Shown here: piece after piece, positions 7,383-17,014 of the stretch
Numbering within the stretch: position 1 is the stretch's first letter
Layout: each line of letters starts with the position of its first letter
Assembly: GCF_018336915.1 (NCBI RefSeq)
Contig: NZ_CP064923.1
Coordinates: 2,040,001-2,072,000 of the forward strand
Length of the DNA stretch: 32,000 nucleotides
Reading direction: 5' to 3'
Source: Acaryochloris marina S15
GTDB taxonomy: Bacteria; Cyanobacteriota; Cyanobacteriia; Thermosynechococcales; Thermosynechococcaceae
Notes under the pieces: model-generated
What the model saw: the letters and a program-made list of their open reading frames with translations, nothing else
What the model was told of the DNA's origin: nothing
Database searches by the model: none
Program-made: the position numbers and the translations under genes

Positions 7383-9416
7383 CTACTTTACAATTGCAGG
7401 TTCAGATTTAGGCTGTGGCTTGAGGACTTGTTCCACGCGGGCCTGTCCTAAGGAATAGGTCACTGCATAACTGCGAGCGAGTAGGCTTAGCCAAAGTTGG
7501 GGAAAACGCTCTTCCAGTAAAGGCTGCAGCCAGCGAATCATTCGCGGAAACCAGGACCGAAGCAATGCATTGCCGAAGGCATCGACGGTAAAACTCCAAT
7601 AGCTGCCAAGCCAGCGGATTAAGTCTTTGGAACCCACTACGATCCAAATCCACAGGAGTAGAGCGGGATTTATAAAAGCCGCTTTGAGAGCCATCCGATT
7701 GAGGGGAAGCCAGCCAAATCGATCTTTGATAAATGCCTCTGTTACTTCTGGATCTTCTTCCTCTAGGATGCCAAAGAAAGTATTGAGCATAGAATTCACG
7801 CGCTCAGGGGGCAGATGTTTACCCGTGGGTACCATCATCCCTCGTGAAAATAACCAGGTAACGGCCACATTACTTTGGTAGGCCCGAATTTGGTTGAGGT
7901 GTTTTGCCTGTAGCAAATCGTGTTTAAGAGCAGTATCGAGTAAGTCCGTTAACCGGGGGAGGTTGCGGACTAAGGAGCCAAACCCTGTAAAAATCAAGGG
8001 AGATTGCAAGGATGCCGAATCTCCGATCGCAATGAGTCGATCAAATGCGATGGTGCGATCGGAACTATCCAAACTAAAATGTCCTGGGATATAGCCAAAC
8101 GTTGGCTTGATCCAATTCAGGTCATCTAAATCGCAACGGCGGTACTCCGGCAGGATTGTAAAAAAGTCCTCATACATCTCCAGCAAAGAACCGGGATTGT
8201 CGGGATGGACCTGATGGTAATGGAACAGATAGAACGTTAGCTCATCCCCTTTCCCAGGGAATAGCTCCCAAATTAACTGCCGTCCTCGGGAGATATCTCC
8301 GTGGCTATTGAGCACATCCCCATAGCGGGCGTCCCAGACTTCGCGATCTAACCCAGAAATGACTGCCCCCACAGTAGGACAGACGCTGTCAAAGGAACGT
8401 CCCCCATTGAGTTGCCAGGCGATGGGGGAGGCCGTTCCCATCGCGTCTACCAGCAAGCGCCCTGTGACTGTTTTCTCTGTACCACTAGGAAGATGAACGG
8501 TCTGCACACAGGCTGCATCGCCTATATCCACTCGCTGAAATTCGGTTTGGTCCCAAATTTCTCCCCCTGCTTGTCTAAGCTTGTCACCGCATAATCGCAG
8601 CAGCTGTTCCGAGTCAATGGCAATATTGAGAACCGTCGGCGTTGTTAAGACAGGGGCTTGGCACTGGGATGGATTGTTGGCATCAAAGAACTTGTGATAG
8701 CCATCTACATATTCAGAGGCGATCAAACTTTCAAATTCAGCAGGGGTGAACAATCCCAAGTCAATTAGATTAGCAAACTCGCTGCGGGAGATATTCCACT
8801 CCCGATTCATCCGTCCAAACGGTAACCGCTCGATCAGGAGAACGCGATATCCCAGGCGAGCCATGACTGCAGCGTGAATGACCCCGAGGGCACCGCCCAA
8901 ATAAACTAAATCATACTCAGGTGCACTCGATTCAGCGTTGGAAAACACTACTTGCCGAGGTTGCTTAGGTTGGCGGACGCCTTCGCGCCAGCGTTGCTCC
9001 CACCAGTAGGCCCGAGTCAGATCATATTCACCATTCGGAAACCGTTGAAAATATTGAACGGTACGCGGATAATCCTTGGCTAAGGCTGCGAAGATCGACT
9101 CTTGCTCTAAATCAATAGCGGGGGGCTTAGGGTAGTAATAGGGAAAGTGGGTTCTTAACGCCTGCTCTAGTCCTTTAACCAGCTTCTTTTCCTGCGGTAC
9201 TGGCCCAGAACCCCAGCGAAACACCTTGAGATAAGTGGTTCGTTGCAGTGACCATACAACGATGGCCAGTTCGCTAGACTGCCCTGGGAACTGTAACCGG
9301 CAACCGGAAGGTGTCGACCGCTTTTGGCCTGAGGGGTAAGTATAAGAAGATTGCAACCAATGTCTAACAGCGTCAGTATTCGGCGTGGGAATTTCTAAAT
9401 AGGAAAGTTCTTGCAT
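7383..9416 (-). CDS. cruA: FAD-dependent oxidoreductase of the CruA/CruP lycopene cyclase family (CruA-like, with a long N-terminal extension)
   Basis: 677 aa. A dinucleotide-binding motif, DLVYLGGALGVIHAAVMARLGYRVLLIE, follows an N-terminal domain of about 170 aa. The C-terminus is hydrophobic. The overall architecture is remembered from cyanobacterial CruA. Confidence 0.55.
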   Translation of the reverse strand: MQELSYLEIPTPNTDAVRHWLQSSYTYPSGQKRSTPSGCRLQFPGQSSELAIVVWSLQRTTYLKVFRWGSGPVPQEKKLVKGLEQALRTHFPYYYPKPPAIDLEQESIFAALAKDYPRTVQYFQRFPNGEYDLTRAYWWEQRWREGVRQPKQPRQVVFSNAESSAPEYDLVYLGGALGVIHAAVMARLGYRVLLIERLPFGRMNREWNISRSEFANLIDLGLFTPAEFESLIASEYVDGYHKFFDANNPSQCQAPVLTTPTVLNIAIDSEQLLRLCGDKLRQAGGEIWDQTEFQRVDIGDAACVQTVHLPSGTEKTVTGRLLVDAMGTASPIAWQLNGGRSFDSVCPTVGAVISGLDREVWDARYGDVLNSHGDISRGRQLIWELFPGKGDELTFYLFHYHQVHPDNPGSLLEMYEDFFTILPEYRRCDLDDLNWIKPTFGYIPGHFSLDSSDRTIAFDRLIAIGDSASLQSPLIFTGFGSLVRNLPRLTDLLDTALKHDLLQAKHLNQIRAYQSNVAVTWLFSRGMMVPTGKHLPPERVNSMLNTFFGILEEEDPEVTEAFIKDRFGWLPLNRMALKAAFINPALLLWIWIVVGSKDLIRWLGSYWSFTVDAFGNALLRSWFPRMIRWLQPLLEERFPQLWLSLLARSYAVTYSLGQARVEQVLKPQPKSEPAIVK

Positions 9417-9677
9417 ACCCTGATGTATCGAAGAGAAACGGTTTATTGGCGATAAACCTTATGTGCAACTGCGCTGTAGATTGATGTTTGAGAACAAGAA
9501 CATAGGTTGTTCTGCACTGATGGGTGAAGGATCAAAACCACGAGATATCGACGCTAGGCTCATAAAATAGCACAGCTAACCACACCATAAGCTAATTTTG
9601 ACTCTTGGCGTACTTTGTTATTTCGCTTTTGCAAAATGAATTATGATAAATAGAAATATAAAGTTTTATGAAGAGTC

Positions 9678-10766
9678 ATGCAAGCCTTACCTAATCCTTT
9701 TGATCTGCCTGTAGCTGAACCTATAGCTAAACTTGCTTACGAGACGATGCAACGAGGTAAGAACGCATTTGGTGCCGTTCATCGTCAAGTCTTAGGCAAC
9801 CTAAAAAGCACGCTCTATCCTGGTTTAGGTAAGGTAGATTCCCTAGATGATGAGACCCTTGCATACCTCCAACATCGCCAAGCAGACTTGATGGAAAAAG
9901 ACTGGCAAGATGCCCAGTTAGGGGTCTATCCCATCAGTTTGCTGTTTGATAATCCTTGGGAAGAGTTTTTTCGCCTTTACCCTCAAGTTTGGTTAGATGC
10001 GCCTCAAACTTGGGCAAGAGCTGATCAAAAAAACTACCAGGATTTTTCCCCTGGGATTGATGTTGATAGCTATCCCCAATACTATATTCAGAATTTTCAC
10101 CACCAAACCGATGGCTATCTGAGTGAAACATCTGCTGAAATTTATGACTTGCAGGTTGAACTCCTATTTGGCGGTACGGCTGATGCCATGCGCCGTCGGA
10201 TTCTGGCCCCGCTAAAAAACGGATTAGCTGCATTCTCCGCTATTCCTGCCAGCCAGATTCGGATCTTGGATGTTCCTTGTGGTGCTGGACGGACGTTGAA
10301 GCAGTTACGGAGAACTTTTCCTGAGGCCGCTTTATCTGGTGTAGATTTGTCTCGCACTTATTTGCAAAAAACGAATCGACTGCTCTCGCAGGATCGAGGC
10401 AGTTTACCTCAGTTGTTGCAGGCCAATGCCGAGTCCTTACCTTACGTGGATAACTATTTTCACGGTGTCAGTAGCGTTTTTCTGTTCCATGAATTACCTG
10501 CACCAGCACGACAAAACGTGATGAATGAATGTTTCCGAGTACTGCAGCCAGGAGGGACTTTCGTGATTTGTGATTCCATTCAGCTAGATGATTCTCCAGA
10601 ACTTAAAACAGCAATCGATGGCTTCCCAGCGATGATGCATGAACCCTACTACCGTCATTACAGCACCGATAATATTGTCGAACGTCTTCAGAATGCGGGT
10701 TTTGTAGATATTGAGACAGACGTACATTTTATGAGTAAATATTTTACTGCTCGTAAACCTGCCTAG
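9678..10766 (+). CDS. Class I SAM-dependent methyltransferase
   Basis: 362 aa with SAM-binding motif I ILDVPCGAGR, then post-I/II motifs (GVDLS, VFLFHELP, LQPGGTFV). Confidence 0.85.
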   Translation: MQALPNPFDLPVAEPIAKLAYETMQRGKNAFGAVHRQVLGNLKSTLYPGLGKVDSLDDETLAYLQHRQADLMEKDWQDAQLGVYPISLLFDNPWEEFFRLYPQVWLDAPQTWARADQKNYQDFSPGIDVDSYPQYYIQNFHHQTDGYLSETSAEIYDLQVELLFGGTADAMRRRILAPLKNGLAAFSAIPASQIRILDVPCGAGRTLKQLRRTFPEAALSGVDLSRTYLQKTNRLLSQDRGSLPQLLQANAESLPYVDNYFHGVSSVFLFHELPAPARQNVMNECFRVLQPGGTFVICDSIQLDDSPELKTAIDGFPAMMHEPYYRHYSTDNIVERLQNAGFVDIETDVHFMSKYFTARKPA

Positions 10767-10794
10767 TATGGCTGATGGTCTCAACCATACACTT

Positions 10795-11394
10795 CTAGAA
10801 TGATGATCCAGGGGTTTGTAGGAACTCTATTTCGGTCTGGGTTGAGTTTCGGTGAAGGATGGCGTTGCGGTGAGGAAATCGGCCAAAGCGGTCAATGATA
10901 TCTCGATGCCGAACTGCAAAGTCAATATAGCGCTCAAAGGTATCCTTTAAGGGTGGTTCGCATTCTGCTGCAAGGCGTTGGAAGAGTTGAATGCAATGTT
11001 CTTGGTCTGCCAAGGATTCAGAGTGCTCTAAAGGCATGTAAAAAAACACTCGCTGTATGGGACGTAAGGATTGATCGATCCCATCTTTTAAGCTTTGTTT
11101 ACAGAGCATTCTTGCGATCGCATCATAAGCAAACGCTTCTGCTGTGTCCCGATACATGTTGCGAGAGAACTGATCCGTCAACAAAATCAACGCCAATGTG
11201 CCGAGCGGGGTCTGCTGCCATACCTCTAGTTCACCCCTGGCAGTCTTGGCGAGATACCTAGAGAAGCGGGCTTTGATTGCCGTATCAACGTCAGGATTTT
11301 TTGACCACCAGAGCTTGGACTGTTGTTGGGCGACTTCTAAGTCATCCTGGCTGGGTCCAAACCAAAATTCGCAGATGGTTTCAGGAGATTCCAT
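10795..11394 (-). CDS. DUF924 family protein
   Basis: 199 aa with WF..........WWSKNPDVD, DQFSRNMYR, MPLEHSE and RFGRFPHRN, typical of DUF924. Confidence 0.85.
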   Translation of the reverse strand: MESPETICEFWFGPSQDDLEVAQQQSKLWWSKNPDVDTAIKARFSRYLAKTARGELEVWQQTPLGTLALILLTDQFSRNMYRDTAEAFAYDAIARMLCKQSLKDGIDQSLRPIQRVFFYMPLEHSESLADQEHCIQLFQRLAAECEPPLKDTFERYIDFAVRHRDIIDRFGRFPHRNAILHRNSTQTEIEFLQTPGSSF

Positions 11395-11415
11395 TTTTCC
11401 ATCCTAAAAACAGTC

Positions 11416-12474
11416 TTAGGCTTTGGCTGCAAGGGCTTGAGGCCAGCGACCGACTGCATGACCAATCACCCCTAACTCTTGGGTTAAGGCATCAAACTGA
11501 TCGGGGGTCAAAGATTGGGGGCCGTCGGACAGAGCTTTGGCTGGGTTGGGATGGACTTCAATCATTAGGGAATCAGTACCGACTGCGATCGCAGCTTTTG
11601 CCAATGCCGGAACAAACTGTGCCCAACCCGTGCCATGACTGGGATCAACCATGATGGGTAAGTGGGTAAGGGTGCGCAATACGGCGACTGCTGCGAGATC
11701 CAAGGTATTCCGTAAATGTTGCCGATCAAAGGTGCGGATGCCTCGCTCACACAGAATCACATTGGCGTTCCCTGCTGCCAAGATATATTCTGCAGCCATC
11801 AGCCATTCATCAATGGTGGCGGATAACCCTCGCTTGAGTAACACGGGGTTGGGTTGTGCCCCAGCTGCTTTGAGGAGGGGGAAATTCTGCATATTGCGGG
11901 CTCCAATCTGGAGCACATCAGCTACATCAGCCACTTTCTCGACATCGGCTGTATCCATTACTTCGGTAATAATTCCCAGACCTGATGCCTCACGGGCAGC
12001 AGCCAATAGACCTAAGGCACTTTCACCATGGCCTTGGAAGGCATAGGGAGAGGTGCGTGGTTTATAGGCTCCACCGCGCAAAAAAGATGCTCCGGCTGCA
12101 GAGACTCGTTGGGCCGTCTCCACAATCATGGCTTCATTTTCTACAGAGCAGGGACCGGCAACGAGCACAATTGGATCTTGCTCACCGAAGAACACAGATC
12201 CTTTAGGGGTCGGTACCTCTATGCGGCTAGCTTCTCCATGGCGAAATGCTCGGCTAACCCGTTTATAGGGTTTCTCGACCCGCAGCACTGATTCAATCCA
12301 AGGATTTAAATCCTTGATTTGATCGGGATCGAGTTCAGCCGTCTCACCGACGAGGCCAATAACAACCTTATGTTGCCCCACAATTTTCTCTGGCGTCAGC
12401 CCCCAATCCCGCATTTCTTGATCGAGGGACTGAATTTCTGCGTCAGGTGCACCGCTTTTGAAGACGATGATCAT
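11416..12474 (-). CDS. aroF: 3-deoxy-7-phosphoheptulonate (DAHP) synthase, type I-beta, with an N-terminal regulatory domain
   Basis: 352 aa. The KDO8P/DAHP synthase I-beta core is present (LVAGPCSVE, RGGAYKPRTSPYAFQG, IGARNMQN, LLKRG, ERGIRTF, DPSH). Confidence 0.9.
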   Translation of the reverse strand: MIIVFKSGAPDAEIQSLDQEMRDWGLTPEKIVGQHKVVIGLVGETAELDPDQIKDLNPWIESVLRVEKPYKRVSRAFRHGEASRIEVPTPKGSVFFGEQDPIVLVAGPCSVENEAMIVETAQRVSAAGASFLRGGAYKPRTSPYAFQGHGESALGLLAAAREASGLGIITEVMDTADVEKVADVADVLQIGARNMQNFPLLKAAGAQPNPVLLKRGLSATIDEWLMAAEYILAAGNANVILCERGIRTFDRQHLRNTLDLAAVAVLRTLTHLPIMVDPSHGTGWAQFVPALAKAAIAVGTDSLMIEVHPNPAKALSDGPQSLTPDQFDALTQELGVIGHAVGRWPQALAAKA

Positions 12475-12485
12475 GGGGGTACTCC

Positions 12486-13109
12486 TTACGAGCTAGCTGA
12501 CTCCTCTTCAGAGGCTTCGGCTGTAGGTTCGGTTGATTCTGCTTTAGCAGACGCCTTCTCTGCTTTGGCTGCTTCTTTTTCTGCTTGCGCTTTTTCTTCT
12601 TTGAGACGCTTTCGATCTTCCTTTTGGAATTTGCGACGTTCTTGGATCCGGCCTAAGTTCAGTCTGAACTCGCTAATCCCCAGGGCAGATCCGTCGAGGC
12701 CTTCATCCCAGGAAGCAGAAATGATCCCATAGCTAACGCCTACGAGACCGAGTCCCAGGCAGGTAATGCTAATAAATAACACTACGGTGCTGGGAAAATC
12801 TATCCACCCTCGCTCCGTGACCAAATAGCTAGCTGGGATAGTTAAAAAAGCGAATAGTGTGGGGATGCCAGAAAAGATCCCAACACGCCGAATCATCCGG
12901 TTGCTAACAACTTTAGGAATAATAGAAGAAGGAGCGTCTCGCTTTGACCCTTTTGCTTTTTTCTGCTTTTTCTTCGACTTAGAAGCTTTAGCAGACAGAT
13001 TAGGAGCAGATTTGGCTTTCTTCTTGTTATCAGTAGCCGAAGCCTCGGCTAAGTCTAAACCGAAGCCAGTTTTGTTATTGGCGTTATTACCTTCAGTTTT
13101 GGGAGCCAT
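12486..13109 (-). CDS. PAM68-like photosystem II assembly factor (DUF3464) with Lys/Glu/Ala-rich tails
   Basis: 207 aa. The conserved core is IPKVVSNRMIRRVGIFSGIPT plus two TM helices and ...SASWDE. The N-terminus is K-rich and the C-terminal tail is EKA-rich. Confidence 0.75.
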   Translation of the reverse strand: MAPKTEGNNANNKTGFGLDLAEASATDNKKKAKSAPNLSAKASKSKKKQKKAKGSKRDAPSSIIPKVVSNRMIRRVGIFSGIPTLFAFLTIPASYLVTERGWIDFPSTVVLFISITCLGLGLVGVSYGIISASWDEGLDGSALGISEFRLNLGRIQERRKFQKEDRKRLKEEKAQAEKEAAKAEKASAKAESTEPTAEASEEESASS

Positions 13110-13127
13110 GGGATAAAAAAAGTACCG

Positions 13128-13397
13128 TTAACCCCGAATACCCAAGCGTTTAATTAGCTCACGGTAATGGGCTTGATCTTTTTTCATGATATAGGTCAAC
13201 AGGCGCTTACGCTGACCAATCATTTTCAAAAGACCCCGGCGGGAAGAATGGTCTTTTTTGTTGGTCTTGAGATGGTCACTCAGCTTGCTGATCCGCTCAG
13301 TTAGCATGGCAACCTGGACGTCTGCTGAACCTGTATCAGTCTCATGGACTTGATAGGCATCAATAATTTCGTGTTTCTTTTCTTGCAACAAAGCCAT
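13128..13397 (-). CDS. rpsO: 30S ribosomal protein S15
   Basis: [68 protein letters not shown] is canonical S15. I start at the internal ATG (13397), giving 89 aa, rather than the ORF-track start at 13418. Confidence 0.95.
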   Translation of the reverse strand: MALLQEKKHEIIDAYQVHETDTGSADVQVAMLTERISKLSDHLKTNKKDHSSRRGLLKMIGQRKRLLTYIMKKDQAHYRELIKRLGIRG

Positions 13398-13528
13398 ACG
13401 CGATCCGTGATTTCTCAAAACGCTAATTCTATCATAATCACTCTTGGTTATCTCAACCGTTTTTGCTAAATAACCTTTTTCCTAGAGGACCGTTAGACTG
13501 AAGAAACAGGAGTCATAACATAGGGCTG

Positions 13529-14353
13529 ATGACGGTTCAGGATAAGCTACAACAACTGCAAACCCTCTTTGCCCAAATGGAACGTGCCCTGATTGCCTAT
13601 TCAGGGGGCATCGATAGCACTTTAGTGGCAAAAGTGGCCTTTGATGTGCTGGGAGATCAAGCTCTAGCCATTACTGCCAATTCGCCGTCACTGCTGCCAG
13701 AAGATTTTGAAGATGCTCAGGTGCAGGCGGCAGACATGGGCATTCCCCATCGAGTCGTTGCGACTCATGAGATGGACAATCCCAATTACACGACGAATCC
13801 GGTGAATCGCTGCTATTTCTGTAAAAGCGAACTCTATGACACTTTAAAGCCCCTGGCTACAGAATTGGGCTATGCCTATGTGGTGGATGGGGTGAATGCG
13901 GATGATCTCCAAGATTACCGCCCCGGAATTCGGGCGGCGAAGGAGCGAGGCACGAGATCACCCCTGGCAGAGGTGGGGATCACGAAGCTTGAAGTACGAG
14001 AAATTTCGAAGCTATTGGGTTTATCCTGGTGGGACAAACCGGCTCAACCTTGCTTGAGTTCTCGCTTTCCCTATGGGGAAGAAATTACGGTTGAGAAGCT
14101 GCGACGGGTAGGCCAGGCAGAACGCTATCTTCGCAAGTTGGGTTGGTCGACGTTAAGGGTGCGATCTCAAGGTGATACGGCCCGAATCGAACTTCCTGCT
14201 GCTGACATTCAAACGTTTACCCATCAGACCGAACTCCCTCAATTGGTTTCAGCGTTTAAAACCTATGGATTTATTTACGTCACTCTTGATTTAGAAGGCT
14301 TTGTCAGCGGCAAACTCAATCAGGAACTGCCTTTGGTTTCGTCAATGCCTTAA
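13529..14353 (+). CDS. larE: ATP-dependent sacrificial sulfur transferase LarE / PP-loop ATP-utilising enzyme
   Basis: 274 aa with the PP-loop SGGIDS, the NRCYFCK motif, and a C-terminal fold typical of the LarE (TIGR00268-type) family. Confidence 0.8.
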   Translation: MTVQDKLQQLQTLFAQMERALIAYSGGIDSTLVAKVAFDVLGDQALAITANSPSLLPEDFEDAQVQAADMGIPHRVVATHEMDNPNYTTNPVNRCYFCKSELYDTLKPLATELGYAYVVDGVNADDLQDYRPGIRAAKERGTRSPLAEVGITKLEVREISKLLGLSWWDKPAQPCLSSRFPYGEEITVEKLRRVGQAERYLRKLGWSTLRVRSQGDTARIELPAADIQTFTHQTELPQLVSAFKTYGFIYVTLDLEGFVSGKLNQELPLVSSMP

Positions 14354-14584
14354 ACGCTCTAAATTCCAAAAAATAGAGATATTCGCACCTAATTTACAGT
14401 GGTTTACACCTAATTTATTGCACCTAAAATTTATTTCTCATGCCAAAGTTATAGGACAGTGTTGCACCTGTTTTCTTCACTAGGATATAGTCACAGCCTA
14501 GATCCCTTTGAGAAAATCTTGGTTATCACGGTTGCAATCACTCTTCTCAATGTTGTTATGGTGGGAAAATAAAATTTTCAACCC

Positions 14585-15433
14585 ATGCTGAATCCTAAAC
14601 GCTTATCCCAATACTTTAGGGGAGTTCCCCTCGTCTGTATCACTTCTCTAATGGTGGTGATTGGAGGGTGTTCCACAAGTCAAACCCCCGAGACATCATC
14701 GCCAAGACTTGAATCACCCAGGACTGAATCACCCAGTACTGGCAATGCTGTAGTTCCAGAACAACCTGAAAAAACGACCGATACGGCCAACAGTACTTTG
14801 GCTCAAGTAAAGCCGTATCAGGAGGTTCCTCAAGCGTTTCAAGGTGTATGGCAGGCTGACTTAGAGCAATGTGGTTCTCAGGTCAGTGAGACTAGGCTTG
14901 AGATATCTCCTAAACAGATTCAGTTTTATGAAAGCCAAGGGCCAATTCAAGAGGTTGTCAGTGATGGACAGACAACCCTGAAAGTGAAGGTTGAGTTATC
15001 GGGTGAAGGCGAAACGTGGCTGACTGAGAGAGAATTTCAGCTTTCGGATGATCAAAATACTCTCACTGCGATCGGTGGCGATACCCCTTTAGTTCGCTAT
15101 CGATGTTCCAACAGTACTTTGGCTCAAGTAAAGCAGTATCAGGAAATTCCTCAAGCATTTCAAGGGATATGGCAGGCTGACTTAGAACAATGTAGTTCCC
15201 CGGTCAGTGAGACTAGGCTTAAGATAGTGTCTAAACAGATTCAGTTTTATGAAAGTCAGGGGCCTATTCAAGAGGTTGTAAGTGATGGGAAGACAACTCT
15301 GAAAGTGAAAATTGAGTTATCCGGTGAAGGTGAAACGTGGCTGACTGAAAGAGAATTTCAGCTTTCAGAGGATCAAAATACTCTGACTGCGATCAGTGAT
15401 GATAATCCTTTAGTTCGCTATCGATGTCCATAA
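14585..15433 (+). CDS. Lipoprotein composed of two tandem 107-aa repeats (function unknown)
   Basis: Signal peptide with lipobox VIGGCS, a Pro/Ser/Thr-rich linker, then two 107-aa modules that are 87 percent identical, each ending in RYRC. Confidence 0.75.
   Translation: MLNPKRLSQYFRGVPLVCITSLMVVIGGCSTSQTPETSSPRLESPRTESPSTGNAVVPEQPEKTTDTANSTLAQVKPYQEVPQAFQGVWQADLEQCGSQVSETRLEISPKQIQFYESQGPIQEVVSDGQTTLKVKVELSGEGETWLTEREFQLSDDQNTLTAIGGDTPLVRYRCSNSTLAQVKQYQEIPQAFQGIWQADLEQCSSPVSETRLKIVSKQIQFYESQGPIQEVVSDGKTTLKVKIELSGEGETWLTEREFQLSEDQNTLTAISDDNPLVRYRCP
14789..15430 (+). repeat. Tandem direct duplication of 2 x 321 bp inside the lipoprotein CDS
   Basis: Copy 1 (14789-15109) and copy 2 (15110-15430) both begin AACAGTACTTTGGCTCAAGTAAAGC. 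They stay in frame and differ at 14 of 107 residues. Confidence 0.9.
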
Positions 15434-15720
15434 GCCCTGGTATTGCTGATGGGGGCGGAACAAAACGATCGGTTTGAGTTGCTACGCCGAGGGGAGTCAA
15501 AACAGCAGGTTTCCATTCAGTATTGTTTATTCAAATATTTAGTAATGGGAAAAGAACGATACCAGTCTGGAATTTTTACGATTGAGCTAGATCCGAATCC
15601 CATCCGTTCTGGAACTTGAAGCTGTATGATTTTCTTGCTTAGGGAGTATGGCATTGATTCTTAAGCTGGAACTAGCCAGAGAAATCCCCTAGTCATTGAC
15701 CCATAACAGGAACAGTAGGA

Positions 15721-16647
15721 ATGGATCTAGTCCTAGATCTGGCACAGCTATTTATTAACGGAATTGCTGTGGGCAGCATTATTGCCCTAGCAGCAGTCGG
15801 TCTGACCTTAACCTATGGCATTCTCCGTTTGCCGAATTTTGCCCACGGGGACTTTATGACCACGGGGGCGTTTCTGACCTATCTGTTTAATACCCAAGTT
15901 CTAAATCACGTGGTATTTGGGGTGGACTGGTTAGATAGTTTGTTTGCCCAAGCCAATGTTTGGATCTCGATTATTCTCGCTACGATCGTTACGATTGGTG
16001 GATTCTTGGTTTGCGAGTTTCTGATCTGGGCCAAGATGCGCGATCGCAGAGCCACATCCACGACGCTGATCATTATTTCGATTGGTCTGGCGTTGTTTAT
16101 TCGCAACGGCATTATCTTTATCTGGGGTGGGGGCAATAAAAGCTATAACTTGCCTGTGGCCAAGGCCGCTGAAATTTTGGGCGTGGTTAAAATCCCCTAT
16201 TACCGTTTGATCGTGATTGGTCTGGCAATCTTGGCAGTGGTCGGTCTGCATTGCTTATTGCAGTACACCAAAATCGGAAAGGCGATGCGAGCCGTGGCGG
16301 ATGATATTGATCTTGCGAGTGTTTCAGGGATTGATGTCAGCCGGGTGGTGCTGTGGACCTGGGTGTTAGCCGGAGGCTTAACGGCTTTGAGTGGAGGCAT
16401 GTATGGTCTGATTACAGCAGTGCGACCGAATATGGGCTGGTTTCTGATTTTGCCCATGTTTGCCTCGGTGGTACTGGGAGGGATTGGCAATCCCTATGGT
16501 GCGATCGCAGGTGCAATGGTCATCGGTATCGCTCAAGAAGTAAGCACCTACTGGCTCCCCACGGAATACAAACTTGCGATCGCGCTTTTAGCAATGGTGT
16601 TAGTCCTCCTCGTACGCCCACAGGGACTATTTAGAGGAACGATTTAA
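15721..16647 (+). CDS. livH: Branched-chain/neutral amino acid ABC transporter permease (LivH/NatD-like)
   Basis: 308 aa, polytopic. The N-terminal motif INGIAVGSIIALAAVGLTLTYGILRLPNFAHGDF is typical of LivH-family permeases. Confidence 0.9.
   Translation: MDLVLDLAQLFINGIAVGSIIALAAVGLTLTYGILRLPNFAHGDFMTTGAFLTYLFNTQVLNHVVFGVDWLDSLFAQANVWISIILATIVTIGGFLVCEFLIWAKMRDRRATSTTLIIISIGLALFIRNGIIFIWGGGNKSYNLPVAKAAEILGVVKIPYYRLIVIGLAILAVVGLHCLLQYTKIGKAMRAVADDIDLASVSGIDVSRVVLWTWVLAGGLTALSGGMYGLITAVRPNMGWFLILPMFASVVLGGIGNPYGAIAGAMVIGIAQEVSTYWLPTEYKLAIALLAMVLVLLVRPQGLFRGTI
16040..16047. repeat. HIP1 palindrome GCGATCGC (representative copy)
   Basis: Exact GCGATCGC. Other exact copies seen at 1029, 2275, 11114, 11585, 16501, 16576, 17135, 17271, 22226, 26342 and 26667. 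HIP1 abundance is a cyanobacterial hallmark. Confidence 0.9.
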
Positions 16648-17014
16648 GGATTTTTGACAAAGATTATTCTTCTCTAAATCTAGAAATAAGTTTCTGTGGA
16701 TATTTCTTGTATTTAGTGGAGGAGTTCTTCAACTATCCTTGCTTTATGTGACTACTGCTCTCTAAAAATTTGAAGTAATTCTTATAAATTTACTTTCGCT
16801 AATTGTCTTCTACCGTTTATCACTAACTCAAAAGATATTGAGTATGCTCCAATATCGTTATTGGAAATAGCAGTTGATCAATACGGTCAAATTTCTAGAT
16901 TCTTTGCTTAAGCCATAGCCTACCTTTATGGACTATGGACAGATACCTTGTCAGTGGTGGGTATCCGCGCCAGTCACAATTCACCGTAAGATCTCGGCAT
17001 ATTAACGGAAAACA

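Noticed and set aside
7408-16634. Numerous 60-137-aa ORFs nested in or antisense to cruA, the methyltransferase, DUF924, aroF, PAM68 and livH (for example 7627..7881, 9934..10233, 11651..12046, 12319..12732, 15931..16251)
   Set aside because: These are shadow ORFs inside well-supported longer genes. Their Arg/Ser/Pro-rich translations are typical of off-frame reading.
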